A stretch of 64,000 nucleotides of DNA from an uncultured virus (IMG/VR IMGVR_UViG_3300031758_000053) (IMGVR_UViG_3300031758_000053), one strand, 5' to 3'. Positions 1 through 8,885 are shown, counted from the first letter of the stretch. The notes: generated by a model not told the origin, from the sequence alone. Program-made: numbers and translations.

Positions 1-2
1 TT

Positions 3-260
3 CACACCTTCTTCATCGCCCACCCCAGCAAGATCAATCGTGCGGGCGTGGAACAGCCCCGCCCGGACGGCATGAGCATTAGCGGGTCAATGGCGTGGTG
101 GGCAAAGACTGACAACGGGATCACCGTCCACAGGCAGGAGCAGTGGGTGGAGATAGCGGTCTGGAAGTGCAGATACCGATGGGTTGGCACACAAGGGGAG
201 ACCTCCCTGCTGTACAACAAGACAGCAGGCACCTACTCCGAGAATCTAGATAAGTTCTGA
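3..260 (+). CDS. C-terminal part of Twinkle/T7 gp4-like SF4 helicase (5' truncated by window)
   Basis: Frame 3 reads HTFFIAHPSK..P..ISGSMAWWAKTDNGITVHR..KCRYRWVG..GE..L.YN, matching the C-terminal SF4 helicase motifs. Confidence 0.8.
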   Translation, partial: HTFFIAHPSKINRAGVEQPRPDGMSISGSMAWWAKTDNGITVHRQEQWVEIAVWKCRYRWVGTQGETSLLYNKTAGTYSENLDKF

Positions 261-271
261 TGACCCTACAC

Positions 272-302
272 AAGGCCCCCAGCGGGGCCTTTTTTCTTCT
301 TT
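272..302 (+). terminator. Rho-independent terminator after helicase
   Basis: AAGGCCCC-CAGC-GGGGCCTT hairpin followed by T-run. Confidence 0.8.
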
Positions 303-437
303 CCCGGCTTTTACGATTTTGCCTAACGCGACATTTTTTAACTTAATTAAAGACAAGTTGAAATGTTTACACGGCCACAGAGTGTGTGTAAACAGTGGCT
401 CATTGGGTGAGCTACCGGGGAACAAAGGGAACCAAAC

Positions 438-461
438 AAAAAAGCCCCCGAAGGGGCTTTC
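438..461 (-). terminator. Rho-independent terminator for leftward early operon
   Basis: AAAGCCCC-CGAA-GGGGCTTT hairpin with A-run on its left (U-tail on - strand), immediately after the stop at 460. Confidence 0.75.
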
Positions 462-684
462 ATCGTTGGCTCATCTTGTAAATGGCTGCCTCTAGCGTCT
501 GACATCGGGACACAAAGCGGGGCACCCGCTCTGCTGTCATCTGTCGGATGACCCATGACCCGTCCCATTCGATGTATTTCTCAAGGGGGTCAATGAACCC
601 GGTGTGGTTCTGCAGATCAACCTCGGGGTTGGCGTAGGCGGCTTTCAGGAAATCCGGGGCGCGGTTGGTGATGACCTTAATCAT
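460..684 (-). CDS. hypothetical protein (MIKVITNRAPDF...)
   Basis: ORF in operon context; start trimmed to the ATG just after the upstream stop. Confidence 0.55.
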   Translation of the reverse strand: MIKVITNRAPDFLKAAYANPEVDLQNHTGFIDPLEKYIEWDGSWVIRQMTAERVPRFVSRCQTLEAAIYKMSQR

Positions 685-688
685 GTGT

Positions 689-925
689 TTACACATCCAT
701 GACAAGGCAATAACGGCATTGAAATGAGAAGGCATCTTTCTCATGGGACACGGTTGACCCGCCTTCCTCCCACTCGTAGCACACCCAGTCGTCATCGATT
801 GCGGTGATCTTCACCGTGTAGTCTGAGCCGCTGGCGGGTGCCCATGTTTGGCCCGCTGCCAATTGGTCAGGCTTGAGGATTTGGCCGCACAAAAGTTTGC
901 GGCCATTGACTATTTCCACTCGCAT
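689..925 (-). CDS. hypothetical protein
   Basis: ORF with GGAGG SD upstream. Confidence 0.65.
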   Translation of the reverse strand: MRVEIVNGRKLLCGQILKPDQLAAGQTWAPASGSDYTVKITAIDDDWVCYEWEEGGSTVSHEKDAFSFQCRYCLVMDV

Positions 926-944
926 GTTGCCTCCTGTTTACACA

Positions 945-1262
945 TCAAAATGGAATAGGGCCACCCAGGATGACCCGCCTAGCTTCTGCCTCATCCGGCA
1001 GTCTTTGTGCTGCCATGTCGCACAGGTCTTTGCCTTCTTTCAGGCCACACCCGAACTTGGCCCGGATGGCCTTGATTGCCTCAATCCTGTTGCCATGCCT
1101 CAGTGCCTCCAGCACTGACCCGACAAAGGCTGTGTCCGGCGACACTGCTTCCACCAGAACTGCGGGGTTGTGCTTCGCCACCGCAAACAGTACATCCCAG
1201 GCTTCACGCCTTCCCGAGATGATGTCGTGCAGGATGTCCAGGGCTTGGTTGTTTACACTCAT
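945..1262 (-). CDS. protein with ribosomal L7/L12 C-terminal-like domain
   Basis: NRIEAIKAIRAKFGCGLKEGKDLCD resembles the L7/L12 CTD motif KI.AIK.VR..TGLGLKEAK.LV. Confidence 0.65.
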   Translation of the reverse strand: MSVNNQALDILHDIISGRREAWDVLFAVAKHNPAVLVEAVSPDTAFVGSVLEALRHGNRIEAIKAIRAKFGCGLKEGKDLCDMAAQRLPDEAEARRVILGGPIPF

Positions 1263-1615
1263 GATTGACCCTCCAAAGCGCGGGAATCTTCCACCATGTT
1301 GACCAGCACCAGCAGGTCAGTGCTGGACGCCTTGACGATCATCTTGCCCATCTTCTGGGCGAAGTCAGCGGTGCGAATGTCCGACACCGTGTAGGTCTGC
1401 TCCCCGTGCCGGTCAAGCAGGGGAATGAATGCGTGTAAACGCTCATCCTCCAGATTGATGCGGATCGGTCGCTTGGGATCAAGCCAGAGCACCCCGTCGT
1501 CTGTCTGGTCTGGCGTGTCACCAGACCAGTCCGCCAGGGCTATGCGCCCGGTCGGGTCGGCAAAGAATTTGTGCCCCTGCATCTCGCGGGGCCTTCTGAG
1601 GCATTTCCATTGCAT
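1259..1615 (-). CDS. hypothetical protein
   Basis: ORF with AAGGAG SD; ATGA coupling to the next gene. Confidence 0.65.
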   Translation of the reverse strand: MQWKCLRRPREMQGHKFFADPTGRIALADWSGDTPDQTDDGVLWLDPKRPIRINLEDERLHAFIPLLDRHGEQTYTVSDIRTADFAQKMGKMIVKASSTDLLVLVNMVEDSRALEGQS

Positions 1616-1648
1616 GCTGCTTCTCCTTCCCCCTGCGGGGTACTGGTT

Positions 1649-1732
1649 TCAAATCACCCCGGCCCATACCAGGGCCAGGGCCAGGATCAAGAGGGCCAGC
1701 GCTGCCAGCCCCACCTTGTCGTCGGGGGTCAT
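1649..1732 (-). CDS. 27-aa single-TM peptide (MTPDDKVGLAALALLILALALVWAGVI)
   Basis: Not in ORF track; ATGA overlap with the vWA gene stop; hydrophobic helix. Confidence 0.5.
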   Translation of the reverse strand: MTPDDKVGLAALALLILALALVWAGVI

Positions 1733-3372
1733 GCTGCCCCCTTCATCTTCTGGAAGGCAACCCGGCCCAGGTCTGCGGGCCGGTCAACCCGGACAGAACC
1801 AGCACCGTAGACGCTGCGGACGTCGTACCCGATGCCCACCCCGATAGTGGCGATGCCCAGGTTTTCCCCCTGCCTCACCTGCCGCGCTGCGTTGGCGCGG
1901 TCGCCGATACCGTCGCCCAGGACGAAGGCCACGCGGCGGGTCGCGTGGTGGCGCAACAGCATTTGATGAGCCAACCTGATGGCCGCGTAATCGTTGGTGC
2001 TGCCGCCCGTGCGGATGCGCTCCAGCATGGCGCGGGTCTTCAGTGCTGGGGTGCTGCCGAAGTCGCGGAGGCGATACAGGTCATTGTCGAAACCCAGGAT
2101 TGCGACATCGACCCCGGCTTGCATCAGGGTCTCAGCCAGCGCCCAGGTGCAGGCGGCGGCGGTGTCGATCTTGCTGAGGTTGTTGTCGAGTTCACCGAAC
2201 ATCGACCCGGACAGGTCCAGCAGCAGCACGGCGGCGGAATCGATACCGTCGCGCTCGAATCTGCGTGTAAACACATCCTCTCCACCGTGGGGGACGCGGT
2301 GCAGCGCACCAGGGTTCAAGCGGCCTGAGCGGTAACCGGGCTCGACCCAATCCTGAGCGGTGTTCTCGAAAAGCCTGCGGACTTGATACCGAAGGGCACC
2401 GGGTATCGTGACGTCCAGGGAGCGGGTCGGGTTTGTGGCCTTGTAGCGCGCCTCGCCTGCCTGGGCAGTGAAGGTGCCGCCCGTGTCGCCCTTGGTGGCT
2501 GGGGCTTGCGGCTCAACCTCCCTGCTCGGGCTGTTGGCGCGGGGCTTCCCGGCCTTGCCAGCGTCTGCTGGGGTGTCGCCCTGGTCTTCCCCTTCGCCTT
2601 CGCCATCGGACCCATCCTGGCCCTGCTGCTGGCCTTGCTGGCCGCCCTTCCCGTCGCCGGTCTGGTCGCCGGGTTGGCCGCCCTGTCCGTCGCCTTGCTC
2701 GTTGCCGGGTTGGTCGCCCTGCTGCTGGTCGTCGGGCTTGCTGCTCTGCTCGGGCTGCTGCTGCATCTGCGAGAAGACCCATTGAGCCAGGGCGAGGGTG
2801 TCGGTGCTGCTGCTGCAGGCAGGCAGGCGGCGCAGTGCTTCCCGATACACGGGCATCAGCGAGGCGGGCACGGGCACGGTGACCCCGTACTGGCGCAGGT
2901 AAACGGCGAGGCTGAAGGGGTACTGAGGGACGGCAGACCAGTCCACCGTTGCAGGGGCATCGTCCACCATGCCCCGGATGAGTTGATGCAGCAGGCCCCG
3001 GGCGTTGCCTGTCAAGCCTTCCCGGATGCAGCGGGACTCAATCCAAGCATCCTCAATTGCATTGTGTAAACGGTCCACGTAGGGCCTGCCATCGCGGGCA
3101 TTGAAGTCGGTATACCGGCGGTGGAGAAGTTCATGCAGCAGGAAGCCAGCGTAACGGGCGACCTCGGTGCGGGTGACGGTGGCATCGTCTGCGATGTCTG
3201 CAAGGGTGATATTCCCTTGCTGGTCAATGCAGGCGGATGCAATAGGGCCCCAGGTCACGGTGATGGGGGGCAGGCTCCACATCTTGCAGAGCATGGCCCC
3301 GAAGGACTCCAGGCCAGCACGGGCCTCGAAGCCCCGGACGGTGGGGCGGGACATCAGGTTTTCGATCTTCAT
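1729..3372 (-). CDS. CobT-like vWA-domain protein with N-terminal HExxH metallopeptidase-like domain
   Basis: LLHELLH and NAIEDAWIE motifs, Q/G/D-rich linker, MIDAS DLSGSM...GGST..DG; start at 3372 coupled to the AAA gene stop. Confidence 0.85.
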   Translation of the reverse strand: MKIENLMSRPTVRGFEARAGLESFGAMLCKMWSLPPITVTWGPIASACIDQQGNITLADIADDATVTRTEVARYAGFLLHELLHRRYTDFNARDGRPYVDRLHNAIEDAWIESRCIREGLTGNARGLLHQLIRGMVDDAPATVDWSAVPQYPFSLAVYLRQYGVTVPVPASLMPVYREALRRLPACSSSTDTLALAQWVFSQMQQQPEQSSKPDDQQQGDQPGNEQGDGQGGQPGDQTGDGKGGQQGQQQGQDGSDGEGEGEDQGDTPADAGKAGKPRANSPSREVEPQAPATKGDTGGTFTAQAGEARYKATNPTRSLDVTIPGALRYQVRRLFENTAQDWVEPGYRSGRLNPGALHRVPHGGEDVFTRRFERDGIDSAAVLLLDLSGSMFGELDNNLSKIDTAAACTWALAETLMQAGVDVAILGFDNDLYRLRDFGSTPALKTRAMLERIRTGGSTNDYAAIRLAHQMLLRHHATRRVAFVLGDGIGDRANAARQVRQGENLGIATIGVGIGYDVRSVYGAGSVRVDRPADLGRVAFQKMKGAA

Positions 3373-4994
3373 GCTGCCTCCTGGGAAATGATGGTTTCGT
3401 CGATAGCGGCGGAGTAGATAGCGGCCAGGGCTACCTGGGACTCCATCGGCTGCCGCGCTGCGATGGTCACTCTCCAGGCCTCGGAAGGCGGGAGAACGCT
3501 GCAAGCCTGGGCGAAGGCGATAGCCTGTCGGAAGGTCGGCGGGTCGATCAGGTCGCCGGTCTCCACCTTGGCGCGGGCCATGCTGAAGGCCTGGATGACA
3601 TGGTCGGCCATCTTCTGAGTGCACCCGGTGTGCAGCACCAGGGCGGCGGCTTCGTCGGCGGGGTCCAAGTAGGTGAGGGGCACCACAAAGGAGAAGCGAT
3701 CCATGGTCGCGGTGTTCATCGTTTGAACGCCAGCGAAGCGGCCCCCGGTGTCGCCCTGTCCGTTGCTGTTGTCGGCACCAAAAAACAGAGTCCCGGTGGC
3801 CCGCGTGTAAACCTTCTCCCCGTGGCTGATGCGGGGCTGCCCAGGCTCCAACAGCCCATTGAGCACGGCCATGACCGCAGGCGACCCGGTGGCGGGCTCA
3901 TCGATCAGGCAAACCGCGCCCGGTGTTGTGAAGGCGCGGAGGATTGGCCCAGGCTGGAACACGGTATCTCCTCCCTTGATGCCCACGGCACCACAAAAGT
4001 CGTCCACGCCTGCCAGTTTGTGCATCTGGAACCGTTCAAAGGCGCGGCCAGTGCGGGCAGCGTACTGCTGGACTGTCTGGCTCTTGCCCACGCCAGCAGG
4101 GCCAGCCAGCCAAGCATTGCGCCCGGTGGCCTCGGCCAGGGCCAACATGCGTAGCACGGGCTCGGTCCAGATGTGGCAGGCGTCAACGGGCGGCGCAGTG
4201 TCTGCCCAGGTGGAGAACATCAGCGGACGGCCCCGAGCATCGCGGGCATCGATGCCGAAGACGTCCAGAGCACTGGCACGGCCAGCAGGTCCGGCCACCT
4301 GGGCGCGGACATCGGACTCAGTGCCGTTGGCCTCAGCGGCGGCGCGGACAGGGGCCCAAGCATCAGCGACGGCCTGCCTCATTGCTGCCCTGATCTCCTC
4401 TACTGGCATCGTGATGCTGCCCAGTGAGTCGGCCAGCACTTGCACCTGGGCGCGTAGGCTCTTTGCCTCGGCCTGGGCGGCATGAGTGCCAGCATCCAGG
4501 CGGGCGGATAGGTTGGCGATGTCGGTCCCCACCTGACCGAGGCGGGCGTTAGCCCCTGCGGTCTGCTGCCCCAGGTTGGCGAGGCGCTGATCCAGAGATT
4601 GAATCTCCAGGCTGGCCTGGGTGACCTGCTGGCTGATGCTGTTGATGTGGCCTTGAGTGGTGGCGAGGTCTGCGGCGGTCTGCCGGGTGTGCTTCTCCAG
4701 TGCGGCGTAACCGGCTGGCGCTGCAGCAGGCTCAGGCTTGTTCAGGCTGGCATTGAGTCGAGCGGCCTCGGATGCGACAGTGGGCGCGGTGATGGGAGCG
4801 GGAGCAGTCATGCCCCCGGCTGTAGTGGCGAGGCGGCGAATGTCGGACAGGGAGATGTGACCTCCTGCGATCTGCGATGCCAGGACGGCCACCATCTGCG
4901 CCTTGTTGTTGGTCGCCTTCTGGCCCGTCGCGGCCCAGTAAGCGGCGGAGATGGTGTTCATGCCCATGCCCATGAGGGTGTTTGTGGCGTTCAT
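3369..4994 (-). CDS. MoxR/CbbQ/CobS-like AAA+ ATPase with N-terminal coiled coil
   Basis: Walker A GPAGVGKS, Walker B CLIDE, N.A.MDRF; adjacent to a vWA partner. Confidence 0.88.
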   Translation of the reverse strand: MNATNTLMGMGMNTISAAYWAATGQKATNNKAQMVAVLASQIAGGHISLSDIRRLATTAGGMTAPAPITAPTVASEAARLNASLNKPEPAAAPAGYAALEKHTRQTAADLATTQGHINSISQQVTQASLEIQSLDQRLANLGQQTAGANARLGQVGTDIANLSARLDAGTHAAQAEAKSLRAQVQVLADSLGSITMPVEEIRAAMRQAVADAWAPVRAAAEANGTESDVRAQVAGPAGRASALDVFGIDARDARGRPLMFSTWADTAPPVDACHIWTEPVLRMLALAEATGRNAWLAGPAGVGKSQTVQQYAARTGRAFERFQMHKLAGVDDFCGAVGIKGGDTVFQPGPILRAFTTPGAVCLIDEPATGSPAVMAVLNGLLEPGQPRISHGEKVYTRATGTLFFGADNSNGQGDTGGRFAGVQTMNTATMDRFSFVVPLTYLDPADEAAALVLHTGCTQKMADHVIQAFSMARAKVETGDLIDPPTFRQAIAFAQACSVLPPSEAWRVTIAARQPMESQVALAAIYSAAIDETIISQEAA

Positions 4995-4996
4995 GG

Positions 4997-5599
4997 TCAG
5001 ACTTCCTCTGCTGCTGCGATTTGGGATTCGAGGGCGAAGGTGTCGCCATCGGTGGGGCATGTCGGCAGGCCCAGCGCTGCCCACTTGGCCGAGAGGCGCA
5101 CGGTGTAACCGCAGGCCGGACAGGTGGCCTTGAGCATGCGGGTGCTTTGGGTCTTCTTCACCCCGACATTCAGCGCTGCATGCGGGTACGTGCCCAGGGT
5201 CTGCAAGACCTGGGCGTATTGCGCGGCGAAGTCTTCAGCACCAGCCACCATGCGCCAGTTGTCACCCGCGGGGCACAGTCCCAGGTTTGCGGCTGCCTCT
5301 ATGTAGGCGTTCGAGGTGTGCGACATGGCACCGGGTGCGGCATGGGCCAGGGCTCCCACCAGTTGCGCCAGCACCTGGGCCGGGTCGGCCAGGGTGGGAG
5401 AGACCATGACCTCATGGGTCTGGTCTGCCGAGTCGGTGTCGGCCCAGCACTCGGCGAGGGTGCCGCTGCGGCTGAAGGTGGAAGGCAGCCCGCAGGTTGC
5501 CCGGATGCGGGCGGGCAGGCTGAGACCATGCCCAGCGAACACTGGGCGAAGGGATGCGATGGCGGCTGTTAGCCAATCCTCACGGGTGGGGTGTGTCAC
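4997..5599 (-). CDS. SprT-like zincin-fold protein with C-terminal Zn ribbon, HExxH degenerate
   Basis: TREDWL..ECW..EVMVSP..PHA..STRMLKATCPACGY..PTCP; LVGALAH at the expected HExxH position; GTG start with AGGAG SD. Confidence 0.65.
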   Translation of the reverse strand: MTHPTREDWLTAAIASLRPVFAGHGLSLPARIRATCGLPSTFSRSGTLAECWADTDSADQTHEVMVSPTLADPAQVLAQLVGALAHAAPGAMSHTSNAYIEAAANLGLCPAGDNWRMVAGAEDFAAQYAQVLQTLGTYPHAALNVGVKKTQSTRMLKATCPACGYTVRLSAKWAALGLPTCPTDGDTFALESQIAAAEEV

Positions 5600-5658
5600 T
5601 TTGCTTCTCTCCTGTTTCGTCTGGGCACCGTTGCCCATCGCCCCATACGGGGAGCGCC

Positions 5659-5688
5659 AGTGTAGTGCAAGTGTTTGAACGGGTGCAA
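5659..5688 (-). promoter_or_regulatory. sigma70-like early promoter
   Basis: TTGCAC-18 nt-TACACT upstream of the leftward operon. Confidence 0.55.
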
Positions 5689-5917
5689 GTGCTATCGCTC
5701 AAGAGGGAAGTCCAGACGGGGCGCTCTAGACCACAAGTCACGTGCGCGTGATGTGCGCGTGATGCGGGTACTACGTGAAGTTATCCCGAGTCAATATCAG
5801 GGGTCTTTCCTGTATGGATGGACATGCCTCTAAAAGCCACCAGAACGGCCCAGGATCGATTCGGGGTGGCACCATATGCCCTGGTATCAAAAAAGAAAGA
5901 TCGGAGCTTCTAGCGAG

Positions 5918-6032
5918 TTGTGCACAAGTTATCCACAGGTGCTTCATAGGTAATGCCTCATTTTTGAGCACAAACAAAGGCTTATCCACAGGCTGTGGAT
6001 AACTGCTTGCCAAATGAACAAGCTGTGGATAA
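5918..6032. promoter_or_regulatory. cluster of DnaA boxes
   Basis: TTATCCACA at 5929-5937 and 5982-5990; TGTGGATAA at 5994-6002 and 6024-6032; degenerate TTGTGCACA at 5918-5926. Confidence 0.8.
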
Positions 6033-6106
6033 CATGCGAACGAATGCCACCAGCAGCAAGGGTGGCGATAGTGATCAAGGGGCGCAAAGCCCGAAGGGCG
6101 AGAACC

Positions 6107-6748
6107 GTGAGCAATATGACAGGCAAGGACTACATGCAAGCCCTGGACTCGGTGGGCCAGGACGACGGCGAGGCCGAAGACGTTTACACACTAGACGGCC
6201 CGGACACCTACAGCGAAGCGGAACAGATGGCGGATGCCGCAGAGGCACCAAAGATCAGAGGGGATGGACACGTAGTAGGGACTGCAGAGTGGAAAAGAAC
6301 CAGACCACTAACGGCACAACAGCAGGCTTTCGCCCAAGGGGTCATCCAGGGGAAAAGCCTGCGTCAGGCGTATAGGGATGCATACCCCAACGCCCAGGCC
6401 AACGACCAATCAATCAGCGCCACCGCAGCGCGACTAATGAAGGATGAGCGGATCACCAAGCTAGTCCGGGAAGCCTGGGAGGAAACACAAGAGGCGTTGA
6501 CGGATGACCCGCAGGCGATGCGAAGGCATGTGGTCAGGCAGTTGGTGGCACTCAGCAAGACGGCAGCACAAGAGGGCAGCCGCTTAAAGGCACTGGAGTT
6601 GCTGGGCCGCAGTGCAGGCATGTTCAGGGATGTGCAGCAGGCAGCAGACAAGCCTCTCACCGCAGCAGAGTTGAAGGCAGCACTGAGCGGACACCTCAAG
6701 CTAGTGGGGCAGACGCAGCGTAAACGCACGGGCACAGATGATGCGTAA
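6107..6748 (+). CDS. terS: terminase small subunit
   Basis: LTAQQQAFAQGVIQGKSLRQAYRDAY..A.RLMKDERI HTH and RLKALELLGRSAGMF motif; upstream of terL; start 6107 or 6116. Confidence 0.75.
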   Translation: MSNMTGKDYMQALDSVGQDDGEAEDVYTLDGPDTYSEAEQMADAAEAPKIRGDGHVVGTAEWKRTRPLTAQQQAFAQGVIQGKSLRQAYRDAYPNAQANDQSISATAARLMKDERITKLVREAWEETQEALTDDPQAMRRHVVRQLVALSKTAAQEGSRLKALELLGRSAGMFRDVQQAADKPLTAAELKAALSGHLKLVGQTQRKRTGTDDA

Positions 6749-6947
6749 ACAGCGGAGGGGTGGGATGACGTAAACGGTGGAGCGGTGGACCCACCGTACC
6801 CGGACCCCCCGCTGTGCATGACTGACCACCCTCCCGCGTACTACGCTCTAATCCACTCCCACATTTCTCCTCCCATCAAAACCACCCCCCATTCCTCCCA
6901 AATCCCCACCCCCCGGGGTATATATTTTTCAGAAAGATATTGTTCGC

Positions 6948-7172
6948 ATGGAAACGACCGTTTACACTGACATCATTGATTATGCGATGCCGACCATGAT
7001 GGCGGAGAGGGCGTTGAAGGAGTTGCACAACGCTGCTTTGAACAGAGAGTTTGACAAGGCGATTGAGTTTGCCTTGGAGGCGGCGATTCAATGCAGGATG
7101 GCAAGTTTTGCTTTGCGTGGAATGGCAGAAGAGGAGAGAAGGCGTGACAGACAGGTGGCAGTTGGTTCTTGA
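6948..7172 (+). CDS. hypothetical protein
   Basis: ORF between terS and the LexA-like gene. Confidence 0.6.
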   Translation: METTVYTDIIDYAMPTMMAERALKELHNAALNREFDKAIEFALEAAIQCRMASFALRGMAEEERRRDRQVAVGS

Positions 7173-7374
7173 TTTCATCAAGGCTTACATCAAGAGGCAT
7201 GGGGTATCGCCTTCTTATGAGGTGATGGCTAAGAGCTTGGGATTGAAATCAAAAGCAAACATGCACAGGATTGTGAAGAGGCTTGAGAAGGAGGGCCACC
7301 TCAAGGTGGCCCCTAGAAGGTTTTATGGTGTGAAGGTTGTGGACCGGTCTATTGATGAGGTGGTGAGTCTGTGA
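7144..7374 (+). CDS. LexA N-terminal DNA-binding-domain-only protein (wHTH)
   Basis: MTDRWQLVLDFIKAYIKRHGVSPSYEVMAKSLGLKSKANMHRIVKRLEKEGHL matches the LexA DBD; no peptidase domain; GTG start with GAGGAG SD. Confidence 0.78.
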   Translation: MTDRWQLVLDFIKAYIKRHGVSPSYEVMAKSLGLKSKANMHRIVKRLEKEGHLKVAPRRFYGVKVVDRSIDEVVSL

Positions 7375-8870
7375 CGTTATTGTCAAAGCAGGAGATTGGG
7401 CAGTACCTTGCGGTTGTGGACAAGGTGCCTGAGGTTGAGCGGAACAAGATCTTTGCCTTGTTGGAGATGGACAGGGTTGAGAGGTGCCGGGAGAGCTTTT
7501 TGTTCTTTGTTCGGCAGATGTGGCCTGGGTTTATCTCTGGGCGGCATCATCAGATCATGGCAGAGGCTTTTGAGAGGGTTGCTGCTGGGGAGTTGAAGAG
7601 GTTGATCATCAACATGCCTCCCCGGCACACCAAGTCTGAGTTTGCTTCGTACCTGCTTCCTAGTTGGTTCTTGGGCAAGTTCCCTGAGAAAAAGATCATC
7701 CAGACCGCCCACACTGCAGAATTGGCAGTGGGTTTTGGCAGAAAAGTCAGGAATCTGGTTCAAAGTGAACAATATGCCAAGGTGTTTGACACAAAGCTGT
7801 CCAGCGACTCCAAAGCTGCTGGACGGTGGAACACCCACAAGGGTGGCGACTACTTCGCTATCGGTGTTGGTGGTGCTGTGACGGGTAAGGGTGCGGATCT
7901 GTTGATCATTGATGATCCGCATAGTGAGCAGGAGGCCAAGCAGGGCAATCCTGAGGTCTATGACGGGGTGTATGAGTGGTACACCTCTGGTCCTCGGCAG
8001 CGTTTACAGCCTGGAGGGGCCATCATTGTTGTGATGACCCGCTGGTCCAAGAGAGATTTGGCTGGGCAGATCCTCAAAGGGGCAGAAAGAGACGGTTCTG
8101 ATCAGTGGGAAGTCATTGAATTCCCTGCCATATTGCCCTCGGGCAACCCTCTTTGGCCTGGATTTTGGTCAAAAGAAGCTCTGGAATCGCTCAAAGCTGA
8201 GCTTCCGGTGGCGAAATGGGAGGCTCAGTACCAGCAAAACCCGATTTCTGAGGGTGGAGCCATTGTTAAGCGTGAACAGTGGCAGATTTGGGACCAAGAG
8301 ACGCCTCCGCCGTGCGAATACATCATCCAAAGCTGGGATACCGCCTTTGAGAAGAACAATCGGGCCGACTTTTCCGCTTGTACAACGTGGGGGGTGTTTG
8401 ACCACCCCAATAAACACGGTGATTTGAGGCCAAACATCATCCTTTTGGATGCCTACAAGGCTCGTCTGGAGTTCCCGGAGCTTAAAAAGAAGGCATTTGA
8501 GATGTGGAAGGAGTGGGACCCTGACACGCTGATTGTGGAAAAGAGGGCAGCAGGTGCGCCTTTGATCTATGAGATGCGCAAGATGGGAATCCCGCTTTCG
8601 GAGTACACACCGGGCAAGGGCAGCGATAAGATAGCCCGTGTAAATTCAATCGCAGACCTGTTTGCATCAGGGGTTGTGTGGTGCCCGGAGAAGAGATGGG
8701 CAGAAGAGGTCATGGAAGAGATGGCCTCCTTCCCAAATGGGGATCATGATGACCTTGTGGACTCGTCCAGTCAGGCTTTGATGAGGTTTAGACAGGGCGG
8801 CTTCATTGCAATTGATAGCGATGAGCAAGACGAACCGATGCAAAAGCGCCGGAACGCCTCCTATTACTGA
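7371..8870 (+). CDS. terL: terminase large subunit
   Basis: Walker A INMPPRHTKSE, Walker B LLIIDDP, MTRW, nuclease SWDTA and HDDLVDS. Confidence 0.97.
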   Translation: MTLLSKQEIGQYLAVVDKVPEVERNKIFALLEMDRVERCRESFLFFVRQMWPGFISGRHHQIMAEAFERVAAGELKRLIINMPPRHTKSEFASYLLPSWFLGKFPEKKIIQTAHTAELAVGFGRKVRNLVQSEQYAKVFDTKLSSDSKAAGRWNTHKGGDYFAIGVGGAVTGKGADLLIIDDPHSEQEAKQGNPEVYDGVYEWYTSGPRQRLQPGGAIIVVMTRWSKRDLAGQILKGAERDGSDQWEVIEFPAILPSGNPLWPGFWSKEALESLKAELPVAKWEAQYQQNPISEGGAIVKREQWQIWDQETPPPCEYIIQSWDTAFEKNNRADFSACTTWGVFDHPNKHGDLRPNIILLDAYKARLEFPELKKKAFEMWKEWDPDTLIVEKRAAGAPLIYEMRKMGIPLSEYTPGKGSDKIARVNSIADLFASGVVWCPEKRWAEEVMEEMASFPNGDHDDLVDSSSQALMRFRQGGFIAIDSDEQDEPMQKRRNASYY

Positions 8871-8885
8871 TTCTGAAAGCGCAAC

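Noticed and set aside
1729..4994. Cobalamin biosynthesis auxiliary genes (cobS/cobT)
   Set aside because: No cobN or other cob genes; a generic MoxR-vWA pair is the more parsimonious call.
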